A stretch of DNA of 64,000 nt from an uncultured virus (IMG/VR IMGVR_UViG_3300005673_000046) (Duplodnaviria > Heunggongvirae > Uroviricota > Caudoviricetes), in the IMG/VR virus record IMGVR_UViG_3300005673_000046; one strand, given 5' to 3'. Position numbers and translations under genes: made by a program. Of the stretch, positions 61,719 through 64,000 are shown piece after piece (position 1 is the stretch's first letter; every line of letters begins with the position of its first letter). The notes under the pieces were generated by a model that saw only the letters and a program-made list of their open reading frames with translations, was not told where the DNA came from and searched no databases.

Positions 61719-61727
61719 ACTGCGGGC

Positions 61728-61931
61728 ATGGCTCTGAAGATTTGCACTCCCGAGGACGTGCGCGAGCACCTGGAGAAGCTGGAGCTGTGGCAGCTCAAGC
61801 GTCTCAGCCGGCTGAGCAAGGTGCCGTACACGACGCTCTACGGTTTGCGGCAAGGCGTGACGCGCGACCCGAGGCTGAGCACGATCAACGCGATCGCTCC
61901 GCACTACCGGGCGTGCCAGCGGCCGCACTAG
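61728..61931 (+). CDS. Cro-like HTH protein
   Basis: LSRLSKVPYTTLYGLRQGVTRDPRLSTINAI. Confidence 0.85.
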   Translation: MALKICTPEDVREHLEKLELWQLKRLSRLSKVPYTTLYGLRQGVTRDPRLSTINAIAPHYRACQRPH

Positions 61932-62247
61932 GAGGGTCGTCGTGATCGCCGGCGCCACCCTCGGCGTCAATGCGACGTTGCAGTCGCTGCAGCATGTCGC
62001 CCGCATGCTCGGCGCGGCGGGTGGCGCGCTCGTAGCAGGCCTGGCCGGCCTGTTGGCTGACCTGCTCCAGCGCCACGCACTGCGCCCAGGACTCCAGCAT
62101 GTCGGCTGCCAGGCTGTTCTGTTGTGCCTGCAGCGCCCGAATGCGTGCCTCGCGCTCCTCATCGGCCGATGGCTGCACCAGCAGATGCGTCCCGTAGACC
62201 AGCGCCAGCAGCGCGGCCGCGGCGACGGCAATGCTTCGCGGCTTCAT
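61885..62247 (-). CDS. membrane-anchored/exported coiled-coil protein
   Basis: GGAG RBS; MKPRSIAVAAAALLALVYG signal/TM segment. Confidence 0.55.
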   Translation of the reverse strand: MKPRSIAVAAAALLALVYGTHLLVQPSADEEREARIRALQAQQNSLAADMLESWAQCVALEQVSQQAGQACYERATRRAEHAGDMLQRLQRRIDAEGGAGDHDDPPSAAAGTPGSAERSR

Positions 62248-62529
62248 GCCCTGCTCCCCTGTCTCAGCCGCTCAGGACGCACACACAGCGACGGCAAGCT
62301 CATCGAGCTGCCGACCCTGCGAGTAGGCGCCGCCACGGCTGATGGTCTTCGGCGGCTGGCCGCGGCCGAGGGCATGCCCCTGGCCGAGTTCGTTCGGACG
62401 CTGTTGGATGCGCGGGTGTTCGGTGCGGCTCATGTCGAAAGCCTAGCCGTCGATCGCATCCGGCGGGTGGTCGGAACCGGGGCCGCAAAAGGCCCGATTC
62501 CGGGGTCGCACTGGGAGGTGCGTCGATGA
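61942..62529 (+). CDS. protein in the cII position with an RHH-like C-terminus
   Basis: AGGAGG before GTG; LRRLAAAEGMPLAEFVRTLL. Confidence 0.5.
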   Translation: MIAGATLGVNATLQSLQHVARMLGAAGGALVAGLAGLLADLLQRHALRPGLQHVGCQAVLLCLQRPNACLALLIGRWLHQQMRPVDQRQQRGRGDGNASRLHALLPCLSRSGRTHSDGKLIELPTLRVGAATADGLRRLAAAEGMPLAEFVRTLLDARVFGAAHVESLAVDRIRRVVGTGAAKGPIPGSHWEVRR

Positions 62530-62873
62530 GCCTGGGGGTGGAGTCCGTCGCCACCGGCATCGAACTCAAGCGCGCCGGCCAGCAGCTCGCGCTGGACTTC
62601 TCCGGCTCCTGGGCCGAGGAGGTCGTCATGGAGTTCCGCGGCTGGGCGGCCATCGAGAAAGCCCGCGGCCTGGAGCGCACCACGATCGAGCGGTTCCGCG
62701 CCACGGCGCGCCACCAGCCGCCGTCGCACAAGGCGTGGGGCGCGCTGCCGCGCCTGCTCGTCGAGGCCGGGCTGATCGAGCCGGTGCTCGATGACACCGG
62801 CCAGCCGGTCTACCGGCGCGCGGCTTCACCCAAGACCCACGCGCATCCGGTGCGCCTGTGGAGGCTGCGCTGA
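62526..62873 (+). CDS. hypothetical phage protein
   Basis: GGAGG RBS; PPSHKAWGAL..HAHPVRLW. Confidence 0.75.
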   Translation: MSLGVESVATGIELKRAGQQLALDFSGSWAEEVVMEFRGWAAIEKARGLERTTIERFRATARHQPPSHKAWGALPRLLVEAGLIEPVLDDTGQPVYRRAASPKTHAHPVRLWRLR

Positions 62874-63802
62874 TGGGGGCCAAACTCATCCGCCAGGACA
62901 TCCTGGAGTCCGAGCGCGTGGCCAAGCTGCCCATGGAAGGGCGCTGGCTGTTCCTGGCCATCCTGCTGACGGCCGACGACCTGGGCCTGTTCGAGGCCAC
63001 GACGCACCGGCTGCACAAGAAGTCCGACCTCAAGCACGAGCACATCGAGCGGCTGCTGCCCATCCTGGCCGACCTCGACCTGATCCGACTGTACCCCGGG
63101 CCCGGCGCCAGAGTCTTCGGGTTCATCCCCCGCTACGGCCAACGTCTGCGGGTCCGGCGCGTCCGATTCCCCCTCCCGCCCATCGAACTGCTGGCCGGAG
63201 ACGAGGACGCCATCAAGAAATTCAACAACTTAGTCGCCGAACTCGCTGACAAATGCGGCGGATTGCAGCATTCCGCCGCAACGCGCGGCGAAGTGCGGCC
63301 TGAACCTGAACCTGAACCTGAACCTGAACCTGAACCTCCTAACGGAGGAATACCAACCACAGGTTCGCTTCGCTCACCTGTGGTCGTCGCCGGAGCTGGC
63401 GCTCCGGGCGACCAGACCGGGGTAATCCCGAAGACCACGGACCCGGCCAAGCCGTGGCTGGCGGTGGCTGAACGGTGCCCGCACCAGAAGCTCGTTGCGC
63501 TGTACCACGAGCTGCTGCCGACGCTGGACCGCGTCGCGCGCTGGGACGACCGCCGCCAGGCGTTTTCCCGCGGACGCTGGCGCGAGGTGGCCATCGAACG
63601 GCGCTGGCGGGACGAGGAGGAGGGGCTGCGGTACTTCGCCCGGTTCTTCCGCTACGTGGCCACCTGCCCGCACCTGATGGGCAAGAGCCCACCGCAGACG
63701 CCGGGCGGTCCGCCGTTCCAGGCCACGCTGGAGTGGCTGCTGCGGCCGACCAACTTCGTGAAGGTCGTCGAGGGCTTCTACGCCCCGAAGGAACGCACAT
63801 GA
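62873..63802 (+). CDS. replication initiator (O-like)
   Basis: wHTH-like N-terminus (LLTADDLG), (EP)n linker, C-terminal CPHQKLVALYHELLP..ATLEWLL..NFVKVVEG. Confidence 0.8.
   Translation: MGAKLIRQDILESERVAKLPMEGRWLFLAILLTADDLGLFEATTHRLHKKSDLKHEHIERLLPILADLDLIRLYPGPGARVFGFIPRYGQRLRVRRVRFPLPPIELLAGDEDAIKKFNNLVAELADKCGGLQHSAATRGEVRPEPEPEPEPEPEPPNGGIPTTGSLRSPVVVAGAGAPGDQTGVIPKTTDPAKPWLAVAERCPHQKLVALYHELLPTLDRVARWDDRRQAFSRGRWREVAIERRWRDEEEGLRYFARFFRYVATCPHLMGKSPPQTPGGPPFQATLEWLLRPTNFVKVVEGFYAPKERT
63299..63337 (+). repeat. (CCTGAA)x6.5 tandem repeat in the initiator linker, probably near ori
   Basis: Read directly; A/T-richer flanks. Confidence 0.85.
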
Positions 63803-64000
63803 GCAGAGGTTTCAACCCCGACACCGACGACGAGCCGGCCGGTAGTGCGCCGCCGTCGACCCTGCGCTGCAATGCCCACGGTTGCCCGCACCGCAGGACG
63901 GTGCGCACCGAGCTGGGCCAGCTGTGCAGCGCGCACGCCGCGGCGCCGCCGCACGAATGGCCGGCGCTGACGGCGCATCTGCAGCACCTGGCCGAGCGCG
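63799..64000 (+). CDS. hypothetical Zn-binding protein (partial)
   Basis: ATGA overlap; CNAHGCP..LCSAH. Confidence 0.65.
   Translation, partial: MSRGFNPDTDDEPAGSAPPSTLRCNAHGCPHRRTVRTELGQLCSAHAAAPPHEWPALTAHLQHLAER

Noticed and set aside
63299..63337. (CCTGAA)n as a contingency locus
   Set aside because: In-frame hexamer encoding the common EP linker of phage initiators; length change would not shift the frame.

Overview
The window is most of the genome of a high-GC temperate tailed phage with a podovirus-like morphogenesis module. No host chromosomal genes are visible, and the attP site appears intact. Left to right it contains: (1) an array of small + strand genes separated by four canonical integron attC sites; (2) a phage-type tyrosine integrase, an attP and tRNA-Arg(TCT); (3) a long minus-strand late operon with a 5447-aa polyvalent/DarB-like protein, ejection proteins, tail fibres, nozzle/adaptors, capsid, scaffold, portal, TerL and TerS; (4) a + strand operon of about 20 small accessory genes, including a frameshifted AAA ATPase; (5) a minus-strand block with a sigma-like factor, spanins, endolysin, holin, a DUF1501/DUF1800 pair, tRNA(CAT), YfdQ, KTSC, an exonuclease and a RecT-like protein; (6) the cI/cro switch and a replication initiator. 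The most striking observation is a phage-borne integron-like cassette array. Its attC sites face opposite to their genes, each cassette has self-complementary ends, and the array ends in an attI-like site just upstream of a tyrosine recombinase that lacks the IntI signature. Also notable are 3-4 small genes with their own RBS overprinted in the +1 frame inside the giant gene, and an attP core that mimics the tRNA-Arg anticodon loop next to a complete replacement tRNA. All family calls come from motif recognition by eye; no database search was run.
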